NCBI GenBank assembly: GCA_963700145.1
Contig: OY969474.1
Location: 3,872,001 to 3,936,000 of the forward strand
Source of the DNA: an uncultured Acidobacteriota bacterium
GTDB taxonomy: Bacteria; Acidobacteriota; Thermoanaerobaculia; Multivoradales; UBA5704
Length of the DNA: 64,000 nucleotides
Reading direction: 5' to 3'
A program made the translations under genes and the position numbers. The notes under the pieces were generated by a model. That model saw only the letters and a list, made by a program, of their open reading frames with translations. It had not been told where the DNA came from and made no database searches. Of this stretch, positions 1-9,770 are shown in pieces; within the stretch, counting starts at the first letter, position 1, and each line of letters opens with the position of its first letter.

Positions 1-1344
1 CCAGGTGCCCGCCGGATAGGTGGCGCGGCCCGCGGTCACCGGCCCCGTGGCGCGCTCCACCCGCACGCCGTGCCGCAGCAGCAGCTCGACCAGGCGCGCC
101 GCGGCCACCGGGTCGTGCTGCCCGGGCGGCACGAGGAAGGCGTACGGCGGCTCGCTGCCGCCGCGCGCGATCGCCTCGCTCGCCATGCGCCAGGTGTTGC
201 GCAGCAAGTCGGCGCGGTGCGTGGCCGAGGTCTCGAGCAGCGCCTTCGTCGCCACCAACTCGTACTCGACGATGTCGCGCAGCCGCCACCAGCCGCCCTC
301 CCAGGGCGAGGGGTAGTTGGCGCGCCGGCCGTACTCCGGCAGCCCCTTCTGGCCGCCGCGCAGCTCCTCGGCCGCGACGTGCAGCGGCGAGGCGAGGTTG
401 GCGCTCGCCACCTCGGTGAGCAGGCCGGTGACGTTCTTCCACCAGGCGGTGTTGCGCGTGCCGCCGATCCAGTAGCTGTCGAAGATCATGTTGTTGCCGA
501 CGCCGCGCTTGCCGGCCTCCTCCAGGCGCACGCTCATCGCCGTCCCCAGGAGGTCGGCCTGGCGGAAGATCAGGGAGTGGACCTCGGGAGCGAGTGGGTC
601 GGTCTGCGGCGGCACGAACATCCGCGGCCCGACCGAGCCCATCTGGTGCTCGTCCAGGAAGACCTGCGGGAACCAGCGGTGGTAGAGCAGGTCGTTGACC
701 GCCTGCGTCTCCTTCTGCGTCAGCATGGCGAAGTCGCGGTTGTCGTCGTGGCCGACGTAGTGGTGGTAGAGCCAGGGCATCGGGCCGCCCTCGTAGGGCG
801 TGCCGAGCCACTTCCGGTACCAATCGACGACGAGCACCTGGCCGTCGGGGTTGATCGAGGGCATGAGGAGGAGGACGACCTCGTCGAGCCAGCGCAGCGT
901 CTCGGGATCGGTGGCGGTGGCGAGGTCGTGGACGAGCTCCATCGCCATCTGGGTCGAGCCGACCTCGGTGGAGTGGATGGAGCAGGTGACGAGGACGATG
1001 GCCTTGCCCTCGGCGACGAGGGCCTCGGCCTCGGCGGGGGAGAGGCCGTCCGGGTGGTGGAGGCGGCGGGCGATCTCGCGCAGGCGCGGCAGGTTCGCCT
1101 GGTTGGCTTCGGAGGTGACGACGACGACGGGGATCTCGTTGCCGAGGGTCGAGGTCCCGGCGACCTCCATCGAGACCCGCGGCGAGGCGGTGTCGACGAG
1201 CCGCAGGTACTCCACGACCTTCGGCCAGGGGGCGAGCTTACGGTCGGCGCCCACCTCGTGCCCCAGGAAGGCCGCCGGGGACTGGATCTCGGCGGCGCCG
1301 GCCGGCACCGCCAAGAGCAGAAGAATCAGCGCTGTGCGTGGCAT
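1..1344 (-). CDS. M14 family zinc carboxypeptidase, secreted (3' part runs off window start)
   Basis: Manual minus-strand translation from ATG 1344: signal peptide MPRTALILLLLAVPAGAA, SIHSTE (HxxE) zinc motif, NPDG, DDNRD, DEHQMG; not in ORF track because truncated. Confidence 0.85.
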   Translation of the reverse strand, partial: MPRTALILLLLAVPAGAAEIQSPAAFLGHEVGADRKLAPWPKVVEYLRLVDTASPRVSMEVAGTSTLGNEIPVVVVTSEANQANLPRLREIARRLHHPDGLSPAEAEALVAEGKAIVLVTCSIHSTEVGSTQMAMELVHDLATATDPETLRWLDEVVLLLMPSINPDGQVLVVDWYRKWLGTPYEGGPMPWLYHHYVGHDDNRDFAMLTQKETQAVNDLLYHRWFPQVFLDEHQMGSVGPRMFVPPQTDPLAPEVHSLIFRQADLLGTAMSVRLEEAGKRGVGNNMIFDSYWIGGTRNTAWWKNVTGLLTEVASANLASPLHVAAEELRGGQKGLPEYGRRANYPSPWEGGWWRLRDIVEYELVATKALLETSATHRADLLRNTWRMASEAIARGGSEPPYAFLVPPGQHDPVAAARLVELLLRHGVRVERATGPVTAGRATYPAGTW

Positions 1345-1407
1345 GGCGGCGGAGTGTAGCGTGGAGCCCGGGAGGCGGGGCATGGCAGCCGGATTGCTTT
1401 TGTTCTA

Positions 1408-2100
1408 GTGGCCATGCTCTCGCATCGCCCTCTGGGGGCCGCTCTCGGAGCCCTGACCGTGCTGCTGCTGGCCGCCGCGCCGGCCGGGGCGCGGAACCAC
1501 CGCGACGAGGAGTTCCGCTACCGCTGGCGCCTCACCAACCTCATGGGGACCGTCGCCGGTCTCTTCCTGCCCAACAGCGGCGAGGGCTCGCTGAGCATCA
1601 AGACCCAGGAGAACGGCAACCTCAAGACCGAGCTCCTCATCACCTCGCCCAAGAGCAAGGAGGGGGAGTACTGGCGCTACGGCTCCGAGATCGACCCCGG
1701 GAGCCTGCGCGCCCTGCGCGCCTGGAGCGACTACACCTTCCGCGGCGAGAGCAAGAGCAAGAACGAGCGCATCCGGCAGAAGGACGTCCTCGACATCGCC
1801 TCCGGCATCTACTCGATCCGCCGCAACCCGCCGGCCAAGCCGCGACGGATGGAGATCTGGTCCGACGGCCGGGTCTACCAGGTCGTCGTGACGCCCGGCG
1901 GCGAAGAGATGCGGCAGCTGCCCGGCGGCGCCGTCAAGGCGCGCCACTACACGATCCGCGGGGTCCCCGGCGCCGGCCGGCGCTGGAAGGGGAAGCTCGA
2001 CCTCTGGCTCGCCACCGACGAAGCCGCCACACCGGTCGAGATCCGCATCAGCCGCAACCTGGCCGACGTCCACCTGCAACTCGTCGAGCCGGTGGGATAA
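1408..2100 (+). CDS. Secreted hypothetical protein, DUF3108-like
   Basis: Signal peptide; C-terminal LWLATDEAATPVEIRI resembles DUF3108 ends. Confidence 0.55.
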   Translation: MAMLSHRPLGAALGALTVLLLAAAPAGARNHRDEEFRYRWRLTNLMGTVAGLFLPNSGEGSLSIKTQENGNLKTELLITSPKSKEGEYWRYGSEIDPGSLRALRAWSDYTFRGESKSKNERIRQKDVLDIASGIYSIRRNPPAKPRRMEIWSDGRVYQVVVTPGGEEMRQLPGGAVKARHYTIRGVPGAGRRWKGKLDLWLATDEAATPVEIRISRNLADVHLQLVEPVG

Positions 2101-2124
2101 CTTTCCAAGAGGAGGAGGGAGACC

Positions 2125-2760
2125 ATGAAGCAGCTCACGAACGCCCTGCTGTGCTTCGCCGTCGTCGGCCTGCTCGCCGCCGGCTGCGCGCGCAAGGAAG
2201 ACCCGGCGGCCGACACCGCCACGACCGACACGACTGCGACGGAGCCCGCCGTCCCGGGCGGCGAGAGCGTCCAGGTGACGCTCACCGCCGCCAACGATCC
2301 CGACTTCCGCGGCACCGCCACCTTCACCCAGGACGGCACCGCCGTGCGCGTCGTCGTCGATCTCGCCGGCGTCGACGGCGCCGGCAACCACGGCTTCCAC
2401 ATCCACGAGCACGGCACCTGCGAGGCCCACGACGCCTTCCAGTCGGCCGGCGGCCACTGGAACCCGGCCGGCGTCGAGCACGCCTGCCCGCCGACCGAGC
2501 CGCGCCACGCCGGCGACCTCGGCAACATCGAGGTCGGCCCGGACGGCGCCGCCCACATGGAGACGATCGTCGAAGGGCTCACGATCTCGACCGGCGACCA
2601 CGCGGTGGCCGGCCGCGCGCTGATGCTCCACGCCAAGCCGGACGACTGCCAGACGCAGCCGACGGGCGACGCCGGCGACCGCGTCGCCTGCGGCGTGATC
2701 CCCGGCGGGCCGCCGCACACCGCCGACCACACCGCCCACGCCGGCACGACCGGCCAGTGA
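2125..2760 (+). CDS. sodC: Cu/Zn superoxide dismutase, lipoprotein
   Basis: HGFHIHE, SAGGHWNP, HAGDLGN, LMLH, GDAGDRVACGVI motifs; lipobox LAAGC; RBS GAGGAGG. Confidence 0.95.
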   Translation: MKQLTNALLCFAVVGLLAAGCARKEDPAADTATTDTTATEPAVPGGESVQVTLTAANDPDFRGTATFTQDGTAVRVVVDLAGVDGAGNHGFHIHEHGTCEAHDAFQSAGGHWNPAGVEHACPPTEPRHAGDLGNIEVGPDGAAHMETIVEGLTISTGDHAVAGRALMLHAKPDDCQTQPTGDAGDRVACGVIPGGPPHTADHTAHAGTTGQ

Positions 2761-4025
2761 TCCGCGCCCTCGCGGCGGCGGGCCTGCTGCTCGCCGCCGC
2801 CGGCTGCGCGCCCGGCGCCGAGGGCACCGCCTCCCCGGGCGGGCCGCGGCCGCTCGACCCGCCCGCCGCCCCGGGCGCCATGGCCCCCAGCCTGGCGCTC
2901 GACGGCGCCGATGTCCTCCTCACCTGGCTCGAGCCCGCGACCGGCATGGCGGGCAAGGCGGAGGGCGCGCACGCCCTCCGCTTCGCCCGTCTGACCGGCG
3001 ATCGCTGGTCGGCGCCGGTCACCGTCGCCGCCGGCGGCGACTTCTTCGCCAACTGGGCCGACTTCCCGGCGGCGGCGCGCGGGTCCGGCGGGCTCGTCGC
3101 CCACTGGCTGGGCATGATCGGCGACGGCACCTACGCCTACGGCATCCGCCTCGCCCGCTCCGGCGACGGCGGCGCCACCTGGCGTCCGTTGGGACCCCTC
3201 CACGACGACACCACCCCCACCGAGCACGGCTTCGTCTCTTACGTCCCCGAAGGCGCGGGCGTGCGCGCCTTCTGGCTCGACGGGCGGGAGACGGTCGGCG
3301 TTGCCGGGCACGGGGAGGAGAAGGAAGGGCCGATGGGCCTGCGCACCGCCCTCATCGCCGGCGCCGCGCCGCCGCGGGGCGAGGTGCTCGACACGCTGGT
3401 CTGCAGCTGCTGCCAGACCGACGCCGCGCTGGCCGCCGGCGGGCCGGTCGTCGTCTACCGCGACCGCAGCGAGCAAGAGGTGCGCGACATCGCGATCGTC
3501 CGCCGCACCGGCCGCGGCTGGAGCGCTTCGGCGACCGTCGCCGCCGACGGCTGGCGCATCCCCGGCTGCCCGGTCAACGGCCCGGCCGTGGCGGCGGCGG
3601 GGAAGAGGGTCGTGGTGGCCTGGTTCACCGCCGCGCCGCCGGGACCTCGCGTGCGCGCCGCTTTCTCGGACGACGGCGGCGCCCGCTTCGCCGCCCCCGT
3701 CGAGGTGGACGCCGGCAAGCCGCTCGGCCGCGTGGACCTCGCGCTGACGCCCGAAGGCGACGCCGTGGTGAGCTGGCTCACCCTCGGCGAGAGAAGCGGC
3801 GAGGAGGGGCAGCGCGCCCGCCTCGGCCTCCGCCGCCTCGGGCCGCGCGGCGCCGGCCCCGCCGTCGCCATCGCCACGACCGGCGCCACCCGCTCGAGCG
3901 GCTTCCCGCGCCTGGTCGTCCAGGGCGAGCGCCTGGTCCTCGCCTGGGTCGAGGACGGCGAGCCTTCCCGCCTCCGCGCCGCCGCCCTGCCGCTGGCCGC
4001 GCTGCCGGGCTTCCCTGGCGCCTGA
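2757..4025 (+). CDS. BNR/sialidase-like repeat lipoprotein
   Basis: GTG start overlapping sodC stop; lipobox AAAGC; Asp-boxes RSGDGGATW and SDDGGARF; CSCCQT and GCPVNGP motifs. Confidence 0.8.
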   Translation: MIRALAAAGLLLAAAGCAPGAEGTASPGGPRPLDPPAAPGAMAPSLALDGADVLLTWLEPATGMAGKAEGAHALRFARLTGDRWSAPVTVAAGGDFFANWADFPAAARGSGGLVAHWLGMIGDGTYAYGIRLARSGDGGATWRPLGPLHDDTTPTEHGFVSYVPEGAGVRAFWLDGRETVGVAGHGEEKEGPMGLRTALIAGAAPPRGEVLDTLVCSCCQTDAALAAGGPVVVYRDRSEQEVRDIAIVRRTGRGWSASATVAADGWRIPGCPVNGPAVAAAGKRVVVAWFTAAPPGPRVRAAFSDDGGARFAAPVEVDAGKPLGRVDLALTPEGDAVVSWLTLGERSGEEGQRARLGLRRLGPRGAGPAVAIATTGATRSSGFPRLVVQGERLVLAWVEDGEPSRLRAAALPLAALPGFPGA

Positions 4026-4044
4026 AACCATGGAGGGTAACGAA

Positions 4045-4764
4045 GTGGAACGAATTTTTCTTGGCGTTCTGATGTCCGTTGCGTTGACTGCCTGCGCGCA
4101 GAGCGGCGGAGAGACCACCGACACCGCCACTGACACCGCCGCTACGACTACGACTATGACCGAGACCACCACCAGCACCGCGGCCGAGACGACATCGTCC
4201 GTCACGCCGCCGGAGCCGCAGCAGCAGGAGACAGCAATGAGCCAGTACGAGAGCAAAGTCGCCGAGATCCACACCAGCGACGGCGAGATCGATATCCGCT
4301 TCTTCCCCGACGTCGCTCCGAACCACGTGAAGAACTTCATCGGCCTCGCCGAGAAGGGCTTCTACAACGGGACGAAGTTCCATCGCGTGATCCCCGGATT
4401 CATGATTCAGGGTGGCGACCCGAACACGAAGGCGGGCGATACAAGCATGTGGGGCACCGGCGGTTCGGGAACGAACGTCAAGGCCGAGTTCAACAGCGTG
4501 CCGCACAAGCGCGGCATCGTCTCGATGGCCCGCTCCGGACATCCGGACAGCGCGTCCTCGCAGTTCTTCATCGTCGTCGCCGACTCGCCTTTCCTCGACA
4601 ACCAGTACACCGTCTTCGGTCAGGTCACGAAGGGCATGGATGTGGCGGACAAGATCGTCTCCGCTCCGAAAGGCGCCAACGATCGCCCGAACAATCCGAC
4701 TTCGATCGATAAGATCGTGATCCGCGACGCGCGCGAGGATGAGAAGAGTCCGACACCGAAGTGA
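4045..4764 (+). CDS. Cyclophilin-type peptidyl-prolyl cis-trans isomerase, lipoprotein
   Basis: FHRVIPGFMIQGGDP, SMAR, SQFFI, YTVFGQV; lipobox LTAC; GTG 4045 follows GGAGG (ORF track start 4030). Confidence 0.95.
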   Translation: MERIFLGVLMSVALTACAQSGGETTDTATDTAATTTTMTETTTSTAAETTSSVTPPEPQQQETAMSQYESKVAEIHTSDGEIDIRFFPDVAPNHVKNFIGLAEKGFYNGTKFHRVIPGFMIQGGDPNTKAGDTSMWGTGGSGTNVKAEFNSVPHKRGIVSMARSGHPDSASSQFFIVVADSPFLDNQYTVFGQVTKGMDVADKIVSAPKGANDRPNNPTSIDKIVIRDAREDEKSPTPK

Positions 4765-4821
4765 CGCGATCCGGCATCCGCGAGCGGATGCGCGACCTGC
4801 TGCCGCGAAGACCGCGGGCTT

Positions 4822-5433
4822 TTAGCCCTTTTTCCGCATGACCCAGGTCGTCATGCAGCGCTGATTCTGTACGACGGTCGTCTTGATCGGGTCGATGAGC
4901 GTGCCGTCCAGCGCCTCGGCGAGGCCGAGAAGCCGGGCTTCGTCGACGAGGAAACGCTCGGAGCCGTCCGGAAGGTGAAAGCGGCCTTCACCCAACGGCA
5001 CGAAGCGGCCCTCCATGCCGATCGTCGAAGCCAAACGGCAGAAGAAGAGGCCGTCCCTTTTGAGCAGGCGCCAGCTTCCGTCGAGCATGGCCCGGAAGTG
5101 CGCCGGGCCGCGGGCGAAGTGGAGGACGGCGCTGCTGATCACCACATCGGCGATCCCGGGCGGAAAGGTGCTCGCCTCGACGCTCTCGGCGCGGAAGTGG
5201 TCGGCTGGGATTTGCGGCGCGACTGCCGCGGCGAGCGAGCGGACGCCGGCGATCGCCTCGGCGGACGGATCGAGTGCGTAGACGTCGTATCCCTGGCGCA
5301 GGAAGTAAAGGAGGTTCCGTCCCTCTCCGCAGCCGGCGTCGCACAGGCTCATGCCAGGCGCGATCCGGCCGCGCAGAATCTGATCGACCAGGTAGATGTC
5401 GATCGGACCGAGGAGGGCGGGGAGCTCGAGCAT
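4822..5433 (-). CDS. Class I SAM-dependent methyltransferase
   Basis: DAGCGEGRN motif I, SSAVLHF; likely start MLELP at 5433. Confidence 0.88.
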   Translation of the reverse strand: MLELPALLGPIDIYLVDQILRGRIAPGMSLCDAGCGEGRNLLYFLRQGYDVYALDPSAEAIAGVRSLAAAVAPQIPADHFRAESVEASTFPPGIADVVISSAVLHFARGPAHFRAMLDGSWRLLKRDGLFFCRLASTIGMEGRFVPLGEGRFHLPDGSERFLVDEARLLGLAEALDGTLIDPIKTTVVQNQRCMTTWVMRKKG

Positions 5434-5512
5434 CAGCGAGTGTTGGCCCGACCATATCGCCGACGCGGGGTGCGAAGTGACGGCGCAGTGGCTTTTGTAA
5501 CCCGCTCGCCCG

Positions 5513-8050
5513 TCAGGGGCAGTTGCCGATGCCGCTCTTGGCCGAGCCCACGACGAGGTTCGCCTGGACCAGGCCGCCACCGCTGACGCTCAGGTGGACC
5601 CCGTTGACCGTGAGGCCGCCGGTGGGACCAGGGACCTGCTCGTTGAGCACCAGCGAGACCGGGCCCACGGTCACGTGCGTGTTGGGAGCCACGAGCGTCG
5701 GTGTGGCGATCACGACCGTCGAGCCGATCTTGAGGTAGGTGATCGTCGTCGCCCCCGTGGACCCGTCGCAGCTCGTGGTCGAGGTCGCATGCACCGACCC
5801 GATCTTGACGTGGGGAAGGGTGGCAAGCGCGAGCGAGAGATCCGCCACCGAGGCCGCCGCGGTGGAGCTCTCCGGGAACGCCGTCGTGGTCACCGACGCA
5901 CAGAGAGCGTGAGCGTGCAGCGGACCCGAGAGCAGCGTCGCCACACACGGCACCGACGTGCTCGAGTCCAGGGTCGTCGCGATCTCCCCGGTGTCGGGCG
6001 TCGGCGGCAGGTTGATCAGCGGCAAGCCGAGCAGGGTCACGTTCGCCGAGAGGCCGTAGGCGCGCCCGCTCAGCGTCTGGCCCGTGATCACCACCGGCTC
6101 GCTGCCGCACTCCGAGCTGACAGGGAGGTTGGCGAGGTCTCCGTTGTACGTTGCCACCCAGTTGTAGGTCCCGGCGGCGCCCACCTCGACATCGCCCGAG
6201 TCGCTCACGCCTCCAGCGCCCACGGGCACCGTGGTGCTCCAGAGGGCGTTCGAGCACGTCTCGTCCCCCGGGCCGTACAGGGTAAAGGTCACGTTGCCCG
6301 TCGGCGCGAAGCCTCCCGTCAGGGTCGCCGAGTCGGAGATCAGGCCGCCGGCGGGGACCGACGGCGACGCGAGGGTGGAGATCGTCGGGGTGGCCGCGGG
6401 CCGGATGGCCAGGAACCCGCCCGCCGAGAACGAGGGGGCCCCTCCGACCACCATGCAGCCCCCCGCGCCGCACGCGAGCTCCGACAGGCCACCCGCTCCG
6501 TCCGCATACTGGGCCGAGCCGGGGACACCTCCGGAGATCGGAACGATCGCGCCGAATTTGAAGCTGCTGTTGTAGCCCACCGCCACACACGAGGTAGTGG
6601 AGCAGGCGACGCTCGAGAGGAGGCCCGTGCCTGGCACCGTCTGGTACGGGCCCGCCACGCCGTCGTCGATGGCCACGACGGCGCCCTCGGAGCCCGCCCA
6701 GCCGACAGCGACGCAGTGGGAGGCGTCGGTGCAGGCGATGGACGAGAGGACCACGTCCGGGGAAATGAACTGGGCCGGCCCCGCCGTGCCGTCGGTGATG
6801 ACGACGACGAAGCCGTCGATCGGGTTCCCGGTGAACGCGGGGCTCCCGCCGACGGCCCCGCACGTGCCGGGGCTCGGGCAGGCGATGTCGACGAGGTAGT
6901 CCGTCCCGGCGACGACCTGAGCCGGACCTGCGACGCCGTTGGCGATGGGCACGAGGACGCCCTGGTTGTCGGTGGTCCTCCCGGTCGCGAAACACGAGGT
7001 CGCGCCGGGGCACGACACGTCCGAGAGCACCCCGGCGCCGGGCACGGACTGAGCCGGACCGGCGATGCCGTCGGTGATCGGTACGACGGCGGCGGTGCCC
7101 GCTGGGAAGACGCCGGTGACGCCGGTCGCGACACACGACGTCGCGCTGGCGCAGGCGACGTCGTAGAGGATGTCCGGCCCGGGCACGGCCTGCAGCGGGC
7201 CCGCCACGCCGTTGGTGATGGGCAGGAGGACGCCCTCCTCGTCGTTGCTCCTCCCGACCGCGAAGCACGAGGTGGGGCTGGCGCAGGCCAGGCTCAACAG
7301 ATCGGCATCCGGGAAGACCTGCGTGGGCCCCGGGATGCCATCGGTGATGACAGTCAACGTGGTCTGACCGAAACCTGTGACGATGCACACGCTCGGACTG
7401 GGACAGACAACGTTGTCCAGAACGATCGACTCGGGGATTTCCGTCAAGGGATCCGCACGCAGCACCAGGGGGACCAGCGACACGAAGTCGAGCTCGGTGC
7501 CCACGCCATCGCTGGCGGTGGGGTCCGTCCCCTGGAAGCTGAGCGTGGCCGACGAGCCGGTGGCGGTGACCTCGTATTGGTGGACGGACCACTGGAGCCC
7601 CGCACCGGGCGCCCGCGGGCCGAGCGCGTCGACGCCCAGGCCGTCGAAGCCGACGTCCATCTGGTTCTGCGCCGCGGTGGTGCCCGGCCTGGCCGCGAAG
7701 GCGAAGGCCAGCGAGTACGAGGCGCCGGGCGTCGTCGCAACCGCCTGGCTTACCCCGTTCACGCACGTCGTGTTCAGCTCGATGGACTGGCTGCCATCGG
7801 CGGCGGCGCCGAAGGCGTTGCGGTCGATCTCGATGTCGACGTTGCCGGGGCCGCACGAGCCCGTGGGCTGCCACCCCGGGATCGAGCTGAAGAGCTGGAA
7901 GGACCCGGCGATGACGGGATCTTCGAAGCTCCCGTTCACGATCATCGAGCCCGACGGAGCCGCGGCCTGGGCGCTGGAAAGACCGGCTCCGAGGCCCACC
8001 ACCTGAGCGATGACGAAGAGGAGGCGTAAGTTCTGATGCATCGAGCGCAT
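5513..8050 (-). CDS. Large secreted repeat protein (DUF642-like N-terminus, Cys-containing repeats, Ig-like and C-terminal anchor-like domain)
   Basis: Signal peptide; NGSFEDP start; repeats LxxVACxSxTxCxAxG; RBS AAGGAG. Confidence 0.7.
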   Translation of the reverse strand: MRSMHQNLRLLFVIAQVVGLGAGLSSAQAAAPSGSMIVNGSFEDPVIAGSFQLFSSIPGWQPTGSCGPGNVDIEIDRNAFGAAADGSQSIELNTTCVNGVSQAVATTPGASYSLAFAFAARPGTTAAQNQMDVGFDGLGVDALGPRAPGAGLQWSVHQYEVTATGSSATLSFQGTDPTASDGVGTELDFVSLVPLVLRADPLTEIPESIVLDNVVCPSPSVCIVTGFGQTTLTVITDGIPGPTQVFPDADLLSLACASPTSCFAVGRSNDEEGVLLPITNGVAGPLQAVPGPDILYDVACASATSCVATGVTGVFPAGTAAVVPITDGIAGPAQSVPGAGVLSDVSCPGATSCFATGRTTDNQGVLVPIANGVAGPAQVVAGTDYLVDIACPSPGTCGAVGGSPAFTGNPIDGFVVVITDGTAGPAQFISPDVVLSSIACTDASHCVAVGWAGSEGAVVAIDDGVAGPYQTVPGTGLLSSVACSTTSCVAVGYNSSFKFGAIVPISGGVPGSAQYADGAGGLSELACGAGGCMVVGGAPSFSAGGFLAIRPAATPTISTLASPSVPAGGLISDSATLTGGFAPTGNVTFTLYGPGDETCSNALWSTTVPVGAGGVSDSGDVEVGAAGTYNWVATYNGDLANLPVSSECGSEPVVITGQTLSGRAYGLSANVTLLGLPLINLPPTPDTGEIATTLDSSTSVPCVATLLSGPLHAHALCASVTTTAFPESSTAAASVADLSLALATLPHVKIGSVHATSTTSCDGSTGATTITYLKIGSTVVIATPTLVAPNTHVTVGPVSLVLNEQVPGPTGGLTVNGVHLSVSGGGLVQANLVVGSAKSGIGNCP

Positions 8051-8119
8051 GGCTTGCTCCTTGTGTCAAGCGCAAAGTAAGCTGATTCGCAACATTCGCT
8101 TATAGAGTATTCTCTGTAC

Positions 8120-8581
8120 ATGCCCGAACCACGTCCCAGGGTGCTTCTCGCCGACGACCATCCGATGATGCTCCTCGACCCCGACTTCGAGGTGGTCGCG
8201 GCGGTGATGGACGGCCGCGAGCTCCTCGAGGCTGCGCAGCGGCTGCGGCCCGACCTCGTCATCACCGCCATCTCGATGCCGCTCGTCGACGGCCTCGAAG
8301 CCACGCGCCGGCTTCAGACGGCCGTACCCGGCGCGCGGGTGCTGATCCTGAGCGTCGCTCCCCCGACGCCGCCGCTCGTCAACGGGCTTCTCACGCCGCG
8401 CGAGCTCGACACCGTCCGCCTGCTGAGCCGGGGCCTGAGCAACAAGCTGATCGCCCGGCACCTCGGCGTGTCGGTGGCCACGGTCCGCACTCACCTGAAC
8501 AAGGCCTACGACAAGCTGGGTTCGGCGAGCCGGGTGGAGCTGGCGCTCCTCGCGGCCCAGCCTGGCGGTGCCGTGATGTAG
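8120..8581 (+). CDS. NarL/LuxR-type response regulator with degenerate, shortened receiver domain
   Basis: RVLLADDH; LTPRELDTVRLLSRGLSNKLIA...TVRTH LuxR HTH; receiver truncated. Confidence 0.8.
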   Translation: MPEPRPRVLLADDHPMMLLDPDFEVVAAVMDGRELLEAAQRLRPDLVITAISMPLVDGLEATRRLQTAVPGARVLILSVAPPTPPLVNGLLTPRELDTVRLLSRGLSNKLIARHLGVSVATVRTHLNKAYDKLGSASRVELALLAAQPGGAVM

Positions 8582-8605
8582 ATGACCAGCGACGTCTTTC
8601 GGCCA

Positions 8606-9760
8606 TCAGCCGCCGCCGGCGAGGGGGATCGTCAATCTCCACATGTCGTCGAGCAGCACCGGCGCGAACTCCGCGGTCGCTCCCCCGAAGATGTAGAGCT
8701 CGTAGGCCGTGGCGGTCTTGCGGGAGAAGTGGAACTGGCCGAACCTCGGCGCCGGCGCCGGCCCCGTCATCGCGGTGTCCACGCGCGTCCACGTCGCGGT
8801 GTGGAGATCGAAGGACCAGAGATCGGACAGGGTAGTCCCGTCGAACTTGCTGCCCCCGAAGAGCCAGATGCGGTCGTTGTGCTCATCGGCGATCAGCTTC
8901 GCGTTGTCGCGGTGGCCCGGTCCGCTGTCCTCGTCGAAGACGAGCTGATCCCAGGTCTCCGTGTCGAGGTCGAACATCCAGAGATCGCCGAGGTAGTTCT
9001 CCGGCGTGAACAGACCGGTCCCGTTCACGGCGTCGTTCGTGTATCCGCCGTAGACGAACAGGACGTTCCAGCCCTCGGAGTAGACGAGCGGATGATGGGC
9101 CCGAGCGCGCGGGGCGGGCGACTCGGTCGCGACCTGCTTCCAGCCGTTCTTGTAGCGGACCAGGTCGTGCTGGAGGCCGTCCGGACGGTTGATGAAGGCC
9201 GGCAGCGTCGACGACGAGCCCGAGAAGGCGTACGCGACGGTCTTGTGCTTCCCCTTCTCTCGCACGGCGACCGCCTCCGTGGAGCGGTTGGCGCGCCCGA
9301 TTTCGGCCGCGCCCTGCGAGATCTGCGTCCACCCGTGTACCGGATCGAACCGGAACGTGTCCTGGTGCGTGAGGTCGAGCCCGCGCCGGAAAGGACCTCT
9401 CCCGCCGGAGACGATCAGCGCGTCGTCCTCGGCGACGTACCACATCATCGACTCGGCCCTGGCGGACGGCCCGCCCGGGGACTGACCGAGGTCGTACCAG
9501 GTCAGCGTGTCGACGTCGAAGGCGCTGAGATCGGCCACGGGCTCGTCGTTCGGGAAGGTCCCGTTCAACCCGCCGAAGATGTAGAAGAAACCCCGGTGAT
9601 AGGCGCTCGCACCGTCCCAGAGAGCGTCGGGGACGGCGCCGCCCTGCGCAATCTCGGTCCAGTAGGGCAAGCCCGGCTGGGCGCCGCTCGGGCGGATCCC
9701 GGCGCACGAGAGCAAGAGAGACGCGGTGAGGATCGTCTTGAGGGGGAACGTTTTCATCAC
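8606..9760 (-). CDS. Secreted Kelch-repeat protein
   Basis: Repeated YIFGG/VYGG/LFGG...DLWxFDLxTxTW blades; signal peptide. Confidence 0.85.
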   Translation of the reverse strand: MMKTFPLKTILTASLLLSCAGIRPSGAQPGLPYWTEIAQGGAVPDALWDGASAYHRGFFYIFGGLNGTFPNDEPVADLSAFDVDTLTWYDLGQSPGGPSARAESMMWYVAEDDALIVSGGRGPFRRGLDLTHQDTFRFDPVHGWTQISQGAAEIGRANRSTEAVAVREKGKHKTVAYAFSGSSSTLPAFINRPDGLQHDLVRYKNGWKQVATESPAPRARAHHPLVYSEGWNVLFVYGGYTNDAVNGTGLFTPENYLGDLWMFDLDTETWDQLVFDEDSGPGHRDNAKLIADEHNDRIWLFGGSKFDGTTLSDLWSFDLHTATWTRVDTAMTGPAPAPRFGQFHFSRKTATAYELYIFGGATAEFAPVLLDDMWRLTIPLAGGG

Positions 9761-9770
9761 GGAGCTCCTT

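Noticed and set aside
70-1359. 429-aa plus-strand ORF
   Set aside because: It is the antisense shadow of the minus-strand M14 peptidase, which carries the real motifs
1338-4025. 895-aa ORF (and similar long Arg/Pro/Ala-rich ORFs such as 53410-56382)
   Set aside because: High-GC off-frame or antisense artefacts; only 2757-4025 of this frame has protein-like content
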